Below are positions 39,748 to 49,355 of a stretch of 51,544 nucleotides of DNA, in pieces (position 1 is the first letter of the stretch; the number at the start of each line of letters is the position of its first letter). The DNA comes from Candidatus Bathyarchaeota archaeon (GTDB taxonomy: Archaea; Thermoproteota; Bathyarchaeia; Bathyarchaeales; Bathycorpusculaceae): positions 1 through 51,544 of the forward strand of contig CAVYRJ010000013.1 in NCBI GenBank assembly GCA_963770935.1. The letters are read 5' to 3'. The notes under the pieces are model-generated. The model did no database searches and was not told the origin of the DNA. It saw nothing but the letters and a program-made list of their open reading frames with translations. Made by a program: the position numbers and the translations under genes.

Positions 39748-40716
39748 TTAGGTTGGCTCGCATTTCTGCAGGAGTTTTTGCCAGCGTTCGTCGGTTGCTT
39801 GTTGGATCTCATTGATTATGTGTGAGTTTTGCGGTGTAAACAAGTGTCTGAACCTGCCTTGTCCAACAAAATAATCTTTCACGGGCTTCTTTTTCTGGGG
39901 TGCCAACGCAATTACTTTGCTCGGTATAGATAATTGTCGTTTGCCGTTAATTGCTTCCCAGATTGGAAACACGCAGGATTCAACGGAGAGTTTGCTATAT
40001 TCCATGGTTTTTCCAGGTTCGCTTCTCCATCCACGTGGACAGGGCGCAAACACATGTAGAAATGCTGGTCCCTCAACTTCCAGGCCTTTGCGTACTTTTG
40101 TAAGCAGGTCTTTCCAGTAGTATGGTGTTGCGGTTGCTACGTATTGCATATCGTGGGCTAACATGATTTCTGTTATGGGTTTCTTCTTCTCCAGTTTACC
40201 AGGCATTACTGAGCCGGCAGGAGTTGTTGTGGTTGCCGCGCCAGTTGGAGTTCCGCCGCTTCGTTGGATTCCGGTGTTCATGTAGCCTTCGTTGTCGTAG
40301 AGTACAAACAAGAAATCGTGTCCACGTTCAACTGCACCCGATAGCGCTTGCAAACCGATGTCGTAGGTTCCGCCGTCGCCAGCCAACGCGATGATGTCGA
40401 TATGTTCCTGCTTGACTTTTCCTTTTTTGCGCATAGCCTTTAGTGCGGCATCAATACCTGAAGCGTTCGCGGCAGCATTTTCAAAAGCAGTATGCAGCCA
40501 AGGCAGAGCCCAAGATGTGTAGGGATAAATTGACGAGACTACTTCCATACAGCCTGTTGCTTCAGTTACTATCGTTGGTCCCCTGGTAGCCTTCATTATT
40601 AAGCGAAGTACAGTGGCTGGTCCGCATCCTGCGCATGCACGGTGTCCTGAAAGGAAAAGGTCTGGTTTTGATGCAATGTCTTTGGCTGTGAATTTCCATT
40701 CTTGTGTTGTTGTCAA
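39748..40716 (-). CDS. porB: pyruvate/2-oxoacid:ferredoxin oxidoreductase beta subunit
   Basis: GHRACAGCG, GDGGTYDIG...YDNEGYMNTG TPP motif, APCPRGW. Confidence 0.93.
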   Translation of the reverse strand: MTTTQEWKFTAKDIASKPDLFLSGHRACAGCGPATVLRLIMKATRGPTIVTEATGCMEVVSSIYPYTSWALPWLHTAFENAAANASGIDAALKAMRKKGKVKQEHIDIIALAGDGGTYDIGLQALSGAVERGHDFLFVLYDNEGYMNTGIQRSGGTPTGAATTTTPAGSVMPGKLEKKKPITEIMLAHDMQYVATATPYYWKDLLTKVRKGLEVEGPAFLHVFAPCPRGWRSEPGKTMEYSKLSVESCVFPIWEAINGKRQLSIPSKVIALAPQKKKPVKDYFVGQGRFRHLFTPQNSHIINEIQQATDERWQKLLQKCEPT

Positions 40717-40730
40717 GATGTTTTCCTCCT

Positions 40731-41963
40731 TTATTCCCTTAATCCGAAATAATTGATTTGATTTTCAACGTGACCAGTTTTAGCCACAAGCAAAAGGTCT
40801 TCGAAAATACCTCTAAACGCAATTGGATTTGTGTCTCTTCCGCCTAACCCGTAAATGTAGTTAACTGTTGGCGGATGTGTCTTTTCATCGTATAGCGCAT
40901 GTCTAACTTCATGGTATACTGCGCCTCCGAACCCGCCAAAGCTCATGCTTTTATCCATAACAGCTATTGCTTTAGCATTCTTAAGCGCATTTCGAATCTC
41001 TTCGACGGGTAGCGGTCTAAACGTCCGTAATCGTAGGAGCCCGGCTTTGATTCCTTCTTGCCTCAATTCGTCTATTACCACTTTAAGCGTACCAGCTGTT
41101 GATCCGACACATACTACTGCGACTTCAGCGTCGTCAAGTTTGTACAATTCAATAAGTCCATTACCGTAGCTTCTGCCGCTTATCTGTGCGAATTCACTGT
41201 TGATTTCTTGGATTTTCTTTAACGCGTTCTTCATTGCTTCATCTTGTTGTCTTTTGAACTCAAAATAGTAGTTCTGCAAAGCAATTGGCCCCATTGTCAT
41301 TGGATTGTCTGGGTCAAGTTTGAAAGGCACCATTTTGCCTTCATGCGTTTGCACGTTTGGCAGTTGTCGTTCTCCAACGAACGTTTTCACCATTTGATCT
41401 GACAGAGTATCGACTCTTTCAAGGGTGTGGCTTAAAGTGAAACCGTCTAATCCAACAATTATAGGCAAAGAAACACCCACATCTTCAGCGATTTTGAAGG
41501 CTTGAAGGATCGAGTCGTAGGCTTCTTGTGCATTTTCAACATAAATATGAATCCATCCGCTATCACGTTCAGCCATGCTGTCCGATTGGTCACCATGAAT
41601 GTTAAGCGGGGAAGATAGAGCCCTGTTAGCAACAGCCATGACTACTGGCGCTCGAGAACCAGAAGTCACAGTTAACATTTCATGCATCAACGCCAAGCCA
41701 GCTGAAGCACTTGCGGTGAATGTTCTTGCGCCAGTAGCTGACGCTGCAAGGCAAGCAGTGATAGCGCTGTGTTCAGATTCGGTACAAACGAATTCTGTTT
41801 GCACCTCACCGTTGGCGACGTATTCGCTGTATTTCTCAACTATGATTGTTTGTGGAGTAATTGGGTAGGCAGCAACGACGTCAACATCTGATTGTTTAAC
41901 TGCGTAAGCAACTGCTTCGTCGCCGTTTAGTGCCAAGATTTCCTGTTTAACTGTTTTTTGCAT
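40731..41963 (-). CDS. porA: pyruvate/2-oxoacid:ferredoxin oxidoreductase alpha subunit
   Basis: AAYPITPQT, ESEHSA, ANRALSSP, YGLGGRD. Confidence 0.93.
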   Translation of the reverse strand: MQKTVKQEILALNGDEAVAYAVKQSDVDVVAAYPITPQTIIVEKYSEYVANGEVQTEFVCTESEHSAITACLAASATGARTFTASASAGLALMHEMLTVTSGSRAPVVMAVANRALSSPLNIHGDQSDSMAERDSGWIHIYVENAQEAYDSILQAFKIAEDVGVSLPIIVGLDGFTLSHTLERVDTLSDQMVKTFVGERQLPNVQTHEGKMVPFKLDPDNPMTMGPIALQNYYFEFKRQQDEAMKNALKKIQEINSEFAQISGRSYGNGLIELYKLDDAEVAVVCVGSTAGTLKVVIDELRQEGIKAGLLRLRTFRPLPVEEIRNALKNAKAIAVMDKSMSFGGFGGAVYHEVRHALYDEKTHPPTVNYIYGLGGRDTNPIAFRGIFEDLLLVAKTGHVENQINYFGLRE

Positions 41964-41969
41964 ATGTTT

Positions 41970-42254
41970 TTACTCCTGTTCCATTTTCATAGTTATCGCT
42001 TTAGTTGGGCATTCGTTGGCACATATTCCGCAGCCTTTACAGAAGCCAAAGTCAAAATCGATTTTGCCCAACTCGGGACGCCAGTTTATTGCTCCTTCAG
42101 GGCAAAACATAACACAAGTTAAGCATACCGTGCATTTCTCTATGTCTCGAACTGGCATGTACGTCTTCCAGTCACCAGTCATGAATCCAACGCTGGATTT
42201 TGAGCAGACTCCGCCTAAAGATATTTCTTTCCAAGTTTTTTCTTTACTACTCAT
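41970..42254 (-). CDS. porD: pyruvate/2-oxoacid:ferredoxin oxidoreductase delta subunit
   Basis: TGDWK, two CxxCxxCxxxCP motifs. Confidence 0.92.
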   Translation of the reverse strand: MSSKEKTWKEISLGGVCSKSSVGFMTGDWKTYMPVRDIEKCTVCLTCVMFCPEGAINWRPELGKIDFDFGFCKGCGICANECPTKAITMKMEQE

Positions 42255-42814
42255 TCTACCTTTGCCTCCTTATAGGCTTCTTTGATGACTGAAAAGTTTT
42301 TCTCAGCCAAGTCAGGTCTGAAACGTCCCTTCAAAGTTTTTTCAATACCCTCCAAAGACACTATTCCAGTAGCCTTAGCGACAACTCCCAACAGCGCCGT
42401 GTTAGTAATTGGAGCACCCAAGACTCTTAGGGCAATCTCAGTGGCTGGAACCGTCCAGACTTTGCCTTTAGTCACCCGAAGGTTTTCTTTCAAAACTGAA
42501 GGTTCTTCACTTGAATTAATAATTAAAACGTCTTCATCCTGATTTAATCCAGCAGTAACAGGTACACTTTTCAGCAAAGTATTATCTAAAACGATCACAA
42601 CGTCTGGATCATAGATTGCACAGTGTAACCGTATTGGTTCAGTGCTGATTCTGGTGAAGGCAGTCACTGGCGCACCCATTCTCTCTGGCCCAAACTCTGG
42701 AAAAGATTGAATGTACTTGCCCTCATCAAGGGCTGTCCTTGCCAAAAGTTCGCTGGCTGTCCAAGCGCCTTGCCCGCCTCTTCCATGCCACCTAAACTCC
42801 ACCATAGTTTTCAA
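42251..42814 (-). CDS. porG: pyruvate/2-oxoacid:ferredoxin oxidoreductase gamma subunit
   Basis: HGRGGQG, FPEFGPERMGAPV; start placed at TTG 42814. Confidence 0.92.
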   Translation of the reverse strand: MKTMVEFRWHGRGGQGAWTASELLARTALDEGKYIQSFPEFGPERMGAPVTAFTRISTEPIRLHCAIYDPDVVIVLDNTLLKSVPVTAGLNQDEDVLIINSSEEPSVLKENLRVTKGKVWTVPATEIALRVLGAPITNTALLGVVAKATGIVSLEGIEKTLKGRFRPDLAEKNFSVIKEAYKEAKVE

Positions 42815-43269
42815 AGCAAATCCCTTCTCTTCTCTAAAGTCTTTTCTGAGTAAAATGTCGAATACCTTGATATACATTTTTCTACTAAAACGCAAAAACA
42901 CTCCAATTTAATGTAAAAAGATCCCCAATTAACGTTGACATAAATATCTTTGTTTTAATGTCTTTTATTTGAAAAAAGATTCGTTTTGCATATCTCTGAA
43001 CTGAGAGGGCAATAGAGGTATATCTTTATTTTGAGACTAAGATTTTCCCCAACGAGTTGTTTTAAGGGAATATTGAGCAGTAGGAGTAAAAGCAATTGGC
43101 AGATGTGCTTTTAACGGTCAGATAGAACTTTGATGAGTATTATAATAATAACTAGTTTCTAGGGTTAGGTATATGTGCCCCTCCAAATTTAGTTCCTGAA
43201 TGGCTCTACAGTTACCTTTTCTTTCCTCCACTACAAACTAGCAGCGGTCACCCTTGGACTGCATCGCAC

Positions 43270-43425
43270 GGACTTAGAAAGACTGAAGCGCAACTTCTAA
43301 AAGAGGGACTACTAGACACTGACTCAAGGCTAAGAAAGCTATGCTTACTCAAACCCCAAGAGAAAGGTTACACAAGAAGCGTTCTTAGCAGATTCACAAA
43401 AAGGATTGGCCAAGAAATATAAAGT
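43270..43425 (+). pseudogene. possible transposase N-terminal remnant
   Basis: LDTDSRLRKLCLLKPQEKGYTRSVLSRFTKRIGQE resembles the S-x-(L/F)SRF segment of IS4/IS5-clan transposases. Confidence 0.4.
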
Positions 43426-43461
43426 TAGACAAATAGATAAAGCGTTTTTTCGACGACTATC

Positions 43462-43470
43462 CTTAAATAC
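43462..43470 (+). promoter_or_regulatory. TATA box upstream of tRNA-Asn
   Basis: CTTAAATA ~40 bp upstream of the mature tRNA. Confidence 0.5.
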
Positions 43471-43509
43471 TTTTATTGAGGTGAAAGAAGGCAGAAGCAT
43501 CAGTGCTTT

Positions 43510-43586
43510 GCCGCCGTTGCACAGCCCGGTAGTGCAACTGACTGTTAATCAGTAGGTCAAAGGTTCGAGTCCTTTCGGCGGCGCCA
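43510..43586 (+). tRNA. tRNA-Asn(GTT), intron-less, CCA encoded
   Basis: acceptor GCCGCCG/CGGCGGC, D stem GCAC/GTGC, anticodon arm ACTGA-CTGTTAA-TCAGT, T arm AAAGG-TTCGAGT-CCTTT. Confidence 0.96.
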
Positions 43587-43648
43587 CTTCTAATCAGAAA
43601 AACTACCGTTTTTGGAATCAAGCTGAGACCTCTTTTTTAATTACTTTA

Positions 43649-44668
43649 GGGGTGTGCAGAATTTAAGCTGCTTCCCAATCATGTTCTTGTATGGAAGCCT
43701 GTGAAGTTGTCAGGCTTTTCGTCAACAAAGCAATCGTTTCTGTGGAACCTAAAAGACGGGGAAATCCAGGATACGGACGCCTAAGAGCGCTCAGAGTTCT
43801 CGTATACGCAAGACTAAAAGGATTAGAGAACGACACGCGCATAGTTGAACATCTAAAGAAGCATTCGGATGCTGCTAGAACAATTGGTTTGTGCAAAATA
43901 CCCGATAGAACTACAGTTGGAAGATGGTGGAGACGCTACCTTAGCCTTCTTGAAGAAACTTTTAAGAAGATCTCTGGGATGCTTCAGCTCGTGTCGCCAA
44001 CAACTTTTTTAATTGTTGACTCAACGCCGCTGGCGGATCTCTACGACATGGAAGCAGGATGGGGTCACACAAGCAGGGGAAAATTCAGAGGATTCAAACT
44101 TCACGCAGCTGTAAACCAACTGGGATTGCCTCTAAGAGCAGTTGTCACGCCAGGGAACCGTTATGACTCACCGTTTCTTCCCGGGCTCATTGAAGATTTG
44201 GAGGCAGATTACGTTTTAGCTGACGCGGGCTACGACTCGAAGACAAACTACAGAGCCGTCAAGGAAATTGATGCTAAGCCGGTTATTGCTTCTAACCCTA
44301 GACGAGGGAAACGCAAGAAGACAAAACATGCTAAATTCTTGAATACTAGGCGTTATGTGGTTGAGCAGTTTAACGGGCACATTAAAGCTAACGTTTTGAA
44401 GCAATGCTGGGTAAGGCCAAGGGGTTTGGTGAAGAAGGCGTCGATGGTGACGGCTGGGCTTATAAGTTACGATGCAGAAGCAATCAAATCTTTGCTACTT
44501 GACGAATCGAGCTTGAAGTGCGTGAGCAAGTACTGGGCTTGACCCAATAGTTTAACGGTTATGGCGCCTGCAAGACACCCAACCAATGGCTTTTCAGGGT
44601 TCCAGCCCAAGACCTGCTCAATAGATTAATAGGAAACAAAACTATAAAAAACGAATTGTGCACAGGTC
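43649..44668 (+). mobile_element. insertion sequence, ~1020 bp, IS5/IS4-clan
   Basis: imperfect TIRs GGGGTGTGCAGAATT / reverse complement GACCTGTGCACAATT; TA on both flanks. Confidence 0.8.
43691..44542 (+). CDS. DDE transposase (DDE_Tnp_1-like)
   Basis: LIVDST, GFKLHAAV, VLADAGYDS, RYVVEQFNGHIK. Confidence 0.92.
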   Translation: MEACEVVRLFVNKAIVSVEPKRRGNPGYGRLRALRVLVYARLKGLENDTRIVEHLKKHSDAARTIGLCKIPDRTTVGRWWRRYLSLLEETFKKISGMLQLVSPTTFLIVDSTPLADLYDMEAGWGHTSRGKFRGFKLHAAVNQLGLPLRAVVTPGNRYDSPFLPGLIEDLEADYVLADAGYDSKTNYRAVKEIDAKPVIASNPRRGKRKKTKHAKFLNTRRYVVEQFNGHIKANVLKQCWVRPRGLVKKASMVTAGLISYDAEAIKSLLLDESSLKCVSKYWA

Positions 44669-45025
44669 TAAATAATTATTTAAATTTCTACGCGAAAATA
44701 AGTCTTTGTGGCTAGTAAATGGCTACCACAAAACTCTCCATTAATGTCTCCGAAAAGGAGGTTTGACGGAGCAGCCATCGTTAACTTGATGCGGAACTTA
44801 AAACCTGGAAGAGAGAGAGGAGAGAGATTCAACCGCATTTTGGTTAACTGTTACACCGCCAAACGTTACTCGCGGGTTCATTACGTATATCATATCAACT
44901 CAAAAATAAAATAAAAGAATATGTGATTGCACAATGATGCCAACATTGCAAAACAAACACAAAGAAAAATCACTTGGAACCCGTCAACTTAAATAATAAA
45001 ACAGACAAAGAACAAGGCGGTACCA

Positions 45026-45805
45026 ATGAGTCTGCGCTTAAATCCCGAATACGACAAACTCCTGCCAAAAATGAGCGAAGAAGAATTCGCTGAACTTAAA
45101 AACTCAATAAAAACCGAAGGACAACATTACCCGATAATCGTGAATGAAGACCTAGAAGTTTTAGACGGACACCACCGCTTCCGCGCCTGTACCGAACTTG
45201 GACTTGAACCAGACTTTGAAGTCCGTAAATTCGACGAAAAGCTTTTAGAAAAAAAATTCGTTATAGAAGCAAATCTAAGACGACGCCACCTCAACAACTT
45301 CCAGCTTATAGAATTAGCTATCCCGCTACTGGAGATTGAAAAAACGCTCGCAAAAAAAAGACAATCAAAAGGCGGCAAAAACGGGCGAGATATGCAGTTG
45401 GGGTTAGCGTCAGACGACGCAGAGCCAGAGCCTAAAGCGAAAGCAACCGAAGAAGTAGCAAAGAAAGCGGGCGTTTCTACCCGAACATTGGAACGCGGCA
45501 AAAAAATAATTGAAAAAGCAAGCGAAGATGACAAGCAAAAACTTCGGGACGGAAAAACCAGTATCTCCAAAGTCTATCAAGAAATAGTAACCGCAGAAAA
45601 TCCACAACCAAAAAAAGAAAATACTGAAGCTAGAGGACAAGAATCCACACGTGAGGTTCAGAATAGAACCGAGTTGCTTGCGCTCTTGGATCGGATGATA
45701 AAGCAAGAATTGTTCTGTCCATCATGCGGCACCTCAATGTTTGAGTGCAGCAAATGCCATAAGACCCTTCACGAATTGTCCCATCATAAAAATCTGGTTA
45801 AATAA
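45026..45805 (+). CDS. ParB/Srx N-terminal domain protein with HTH and C-terminal Zn ribbon
   Basis: LKNSIKTEGQHYPIIV...LDGHHRFRAC, EANLRRRHL, VAKKAGVSTRT, CPSC...CSKC. Confidence 0.85.
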   Translation: MSLRLNPEYDKLLPKMSEEEFAELKNSIKTEGQHYPIIVNEDLEVLDGHHRFRACTELGLEPDFEVRKFDEKLLEKKFVIEANLRRRHLNNFQLIELAIPLLEIEKTLAKKRQSKGGKNGRDMQLGLASDDAEPEPKAKATEEVAKKAGVSTRTLERGKKIIEKASEDDKQKLRDGKTSISKVYQEIVTAENPQPKKENTEARGQESTREVQNRTELLALLDRMIKQELFCPSCGTSMFECSKCHKTLHELSHHKNLVK

Positions 45806-45917
45806 ATTGAAATAATGATATGCGATAAAAACTGATTAACAATAAGACATTAGTATATTTCTACGAGCGCAAATAATATAGCCCTAAGTGCAGCAACAAT
45901 ACAGTAAGTGAATTGAA

Positions 45918-47147
45918 TTGTCAATGCAAAAATCCTATTCGCGTTTACTTGGTGTAATTGGAAAACCAAACACGGGAAAATCTACATTTTTTAGCGCTGC
46001 AACCTTAGTAGCGGCAGAAATTGCCAATTACCCCTTCACTACAATAAAGCCAAACCGAGGTGTCGGCTACGTTCGAACAAAATGCGTCCACGAAGAATTC
46101 AAGGTTAAAGACAACCCCCGAAACTCGCTCTGCCTTGAAGGCACAAGGCTTGTCCCAGTAGAACTAATCGACATAGCAGGCATCGTTCCTGGAGCTTGGG
46201 AAGGACGGGGTTTAGGCAACCAGTTTTTAGATGAAATCCGGCGAGCAGACGCTCTCATCCATGTAGTTGATGCTTCAGGCGGAACCGACTGTGAAGGAAA
46301 AACCTGCATACCCGGCGAACATGACCCTATGGAAGACGTAAAGTTTTTGGAACGCGAAATAACCATGTGGATGGTTACCATCCTTAAGAAAGATTGGTCC
46401 AAAATCGCCCGGACGGCTGAAGCGGACAAAAAAGGCATAGCCCATCATCTTGAGGACCGTTTAACTGGTTTAAGCATAAAACGCCAATGCATAAATGAAG
46501 CTGTTCGAAGAGCAAATTTGAACCTTGATAAACCTGCCTCGTGGACTGATGAAGACTTTTATCGGTTTGTAGATAATTTACGGCGCATTTCTAAGCCACT
46601 CTTAATTGTTGCCAACAAAATTGATTTGCCAACCTCCCAAGCAAACGTTGAGAGAATGAAAAAACTAGATTACATCGTTATCCCCTGCTCGGCAGAAGCT
46701 GAGTTGGTGCTAAGACGCGCAGCAGAGAAGCAACTGATTGATTACAAGCCAGGCGATAAAGACTTCAAAATAACGCAGCCTGAGAAGCTATCAACTGGTC
46801 AGACTAAAGCGCTCGAACAAGTTAAAGAAAAAATCCTTAAAACCAACGGATCAACAGGCGTGCAAGAAGCCTTAAACACTGCATATTTCAAGCTTCTCGA
46901 TATGATAACTATCTACCCCGTCGAAGACCTTGAACATTTAGCCGATCATAACGGACGTGTCCTGCCCGACACATACCTTGTTCCCAAAGGAACAACTGCT
47001 CACCTATTTGCTTACATTATCCACAGCGAACTCGGCGAAAGCTTCCTCTACGCCATAGATGCAAGGGACAAAAGAAGAATCGGTGAAGACGCTATCCTAA
47101 AAGACCGCGACGTCATCTCAATAGTAAGCGCAAAAAAACGCTCTTAA
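45918..47147 (+). CDS. ychF: archaeal YchF/Obg-family NTPase with TGS domain
   Basis: GKPNTGKST, NYPFTT, DIAG, NKID. Confidence 0.92.
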   Translation: MSMQKSYSRLLGVIGKPNTGKSTFFSAATLVAAEIANYPFTTIKPNRGVGYVRTKCVHEEFKVKDNPRNSLCLEGTRLVPVELIDIAGIVPGAWEGRGLGNQFLDEIRRADALIHVVDASGGTDCEGKTCIPGEHDPMEDVKFLEREITMWMVTILKKDWSKIARTAEADKKGIAHHLEDRLTGLSIKRQCINEAVRRANLNLDKPASWTDEDFYRFVDNLRRISKPLLIVANKIDLPTSQANVERMKKLDYIVIPCSAEAELVLRRAAEKQLIDYKPGDKDFKITQPEKLSTGQTKALEQVKEKILKTNGSTGVQEALNTAYFKLLDMITIYPVEDLEHLADHNGRVLPDTYLVPKGTTAHLFAYIIHSELGESFLYAIDARDKRRIGEDAILKDRDVISIVSAKKRS

Positions 47148-47157
47148 CTTCCTTGTT

Positions 47158-47952
47158 TTATGCTCCGAAGCGTCGTTTGCGATGTTGAAAAACCCTGATT
47201 GCCCTCAAAAGATCTATCAAACGAAAGTCTGGCCAGTAAACATCCAAGAAAAGAAGTTCGCTGTACGCTGCTTGCCAAAGTAGGAATCCGCTTAAGCGTT
47301 CCTCGCCAGATGTGCGTATAATCATGTCAGGGTCCTGTTTAGTCATATGCGACGTGTACAAATACTTTTCAAAGGTGGCTTCAGTGACTTCATCAACGTT
47401 TAATTCGCCGCTCTTCACTTTCAGCGCGATATTTTTGGCTGCATCAACAATTTCTGCTCTACCGCCATATGCGAAAGCAAAATTCCAGAAGTAACAATCA
47501 TAATTCTCTGTAGCCTTTTCAACATCTTCAATAGCAGCCTGTAAGCTTGCAGGTAAAAGGTTAGTTCGACCTATAACTTTAACATGGACCTTATTTTTAT
47601 GTACCCGTTCATCTGTAAGCAATTTGCGGAACCTTTCTTCAGCAATCTGCATAATTTTCGATATTTCTTCAGGTTGGCGACTAAAATTCTCTGTGGAAAA
47701 TGTGTAGAGTGTAACATATTTGACGTCAACCATCTGGCACCAGTCCAGTAGTTGTTCAACCGTATCAGCACCTTGCTTGTGACCCCATTTGTCCCCAAGC
47801 CAAGGGTTACTTTCCTGGTCGTTTGCCCATCGCCTATTTCCATCAAGAATAATGGCTATGTGCTCGGGTTTAATGCCGTTTCTAACTTGGAGCCACAGCC
47901 ATTTCTCATAAATTTTGTAGGCGCCGATGACGGAAAGAATTCTCTTAAGCAA
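47158..47952 (-). CDS. uppS: cis-polyprenyl diphosphate synthase
   Basis: HIAIILDGNRRWA, FSTENF, YGGRAEI, IRTSGEERLSGFLLWQ. Confidence 0.95.
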   Translation of the reverse strand: MLKRILSVIGAYKIYEKWLWLQVRNGIKPEHIAIILDGNRRWANDQESNPWLGDKWGHKQGADTVEQLLDWCQMVDVKYVTLYTFSTENFSRQPEEISKIMQIAEERFRKLLTDERVHKNKVHVKVIGRTNLLPASLQAAIEDVEKATENYDCYFWNFAFAYGGRAEIVDAAKNIALKVKSGELNVDEVTEATFEKYLYTSHMTKQDPDMIIRTSGEERLSGFLLWQAAYSELLFLDVYWPDFRLIDLLRAIRVFQHRKRRFGA

Positions 47953-48082
47953 TACTTGAACCTCTCTTGTTTAAGGATTTACACCTGTGCTCTTGACGTT
48001 TACTATAGCTAAAGCCTTGGTAGTTTCAATTAAAGCTTCCTCCTACCGAAAACAAAACACTAAAAAAACTTTTCTTGAATTT

Positions 48083-49318
48083 TTAGGGTTCATCTGGCTT
48101 TTCTGTGTCTTTTTTCTTGAAGAAATCTTTAGCTGACCTGTTAACTATGTAAATCAGCAAAACAGAGGCGACACCGATAAGGATACCGACTATAATGGTG
48201 AAGAGGAAATTTGAGAAAAATGGGTCGTTTAAGCCAACGACAGCGGATGTGTCTTTGTAATAATGGATTATTACGTTTGCGGTTCCAACCAGAACCCAAC
48301 GTGACCAAGCAACCGTAACTATTAAAGCAACATTTCGCAGTAACCTTGAATCTCTTTCAAAATATAGCCGTACACTTCTTCCTAAAAGAACGATAATTAT
48401 ACCTGCAACTAAGAGATCCACAATTCCGGTAATAAAGTAGTACACTACTCTTGGAGTTATGTTAAGCCAGCCTGCTAAATCTGAGGCAGGTGCAACATTA
48501 ATGTTAACATTAGCAATACCAAGATAAACGCTAACAGCAATGCAGAGTATTCCAGCGATAACGGTATAATTTGAAATCTGCATTGGAAGCGGCGGAGGCG
48601 AATAATCTCTTGCCCACTTGTAGGCGTCTTTGGTTGCTTTGTCAACCCCAAAACCTTTGAGCAGCAAAAAACCGCCAAGGATTATTACAAAGGCAATTCC
48701 GTAGTAGTAAATAGCGCCAGGATAGATCTTTAGATTGTCGATTGCCCAGAGAATCCCGAAAATTAAAACTAAAACTCCGGGTAAACCCAAAGCCATACGC
48801 GCATACCTTGGATTATCCACAAGTAGACGAACATACTTTCCGAAGACCGCAGCGGTCTCTTCGATTGATTCACTATGCTTTATAACTATGCGTCTGACTG
48901 AAGAAACGGGCACTCTTGACTCAACCAGCGGCAAAACTGCCTCATCAGAATACCCATCAGAGACCAAAATGACTTCGTTTGCATTAAAAGTGTCAAGGAG
49001 ATTGTTTAATTCTGAAACCAGTTTCCTGTCAGCGCTAACTCCTCCAAGCTCGGAACCTGAAATCGTGGCAACCTCAAAGGTTTCTTCTGGTTGTTTCTCG
49101 TTCTGCAGCCTATCATGGAGACGGATGGCTTCAAACATCGCATTTGCGTCGGGTTCTTCCGGATCCTTCAACGCAAGGGCGACTGCACCATCCAAGTTGG
49201 CGGTTCTTCCCAGAAGCGGCGTCTTTATGCCTGCTTTAACTTCTAGATCTCCATCTCTATCTACACATAAAATTAGGATACGCTTTTGCATCTGGGGATG
49301 CGTTTCCTTTTTAGACAT
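48083..49318 (-). CDS. DUF373-like archaeal membrane protein
   Basis: LILCVDRDGDL, DPEEPDANAMF, LVSDG, LGLPG; next to uppS. Confidence 0.85.
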   Translation of the reverse strand: MSKKETHPQMQKRILILCVDRDGDLEVKAGIKTPLLGRTANLDGAVALALKDPEEPDANAMFEAIRLHDRLQNEKQPEETFEVATISGSELGGVSADRKLVSELNNLLDTFNANEVILVSDGYSDEAVLPLVESRVPVSSVRRIVIKHSESIEETAAVFGKYVRLLVDNPRYARMALGLPGVLVLIFGILWAIDNLKIYPGAIYYYGIAFVIILGGFLLLKGFGVDKATKDAYKWARDYSPPPLPMQISNYTVIAGILCIAVSVYLGIANVNINVAPASDLAGWLNITPRVVYYFITGIVDLLVAGIIIVLLGRSVRLYFERDSRLLRNVALIVTVAWSRWVLVGTANVIIHYYKDTSAVVGLNDPFFSNFLFTIIVGILIGVASVLLIYIVNRSAKDFFKKKDTEKPDEP

Positions 49319-49355
49319 CGCGAATCTCTATCTCTTTAATATTGGGCACTTAACT

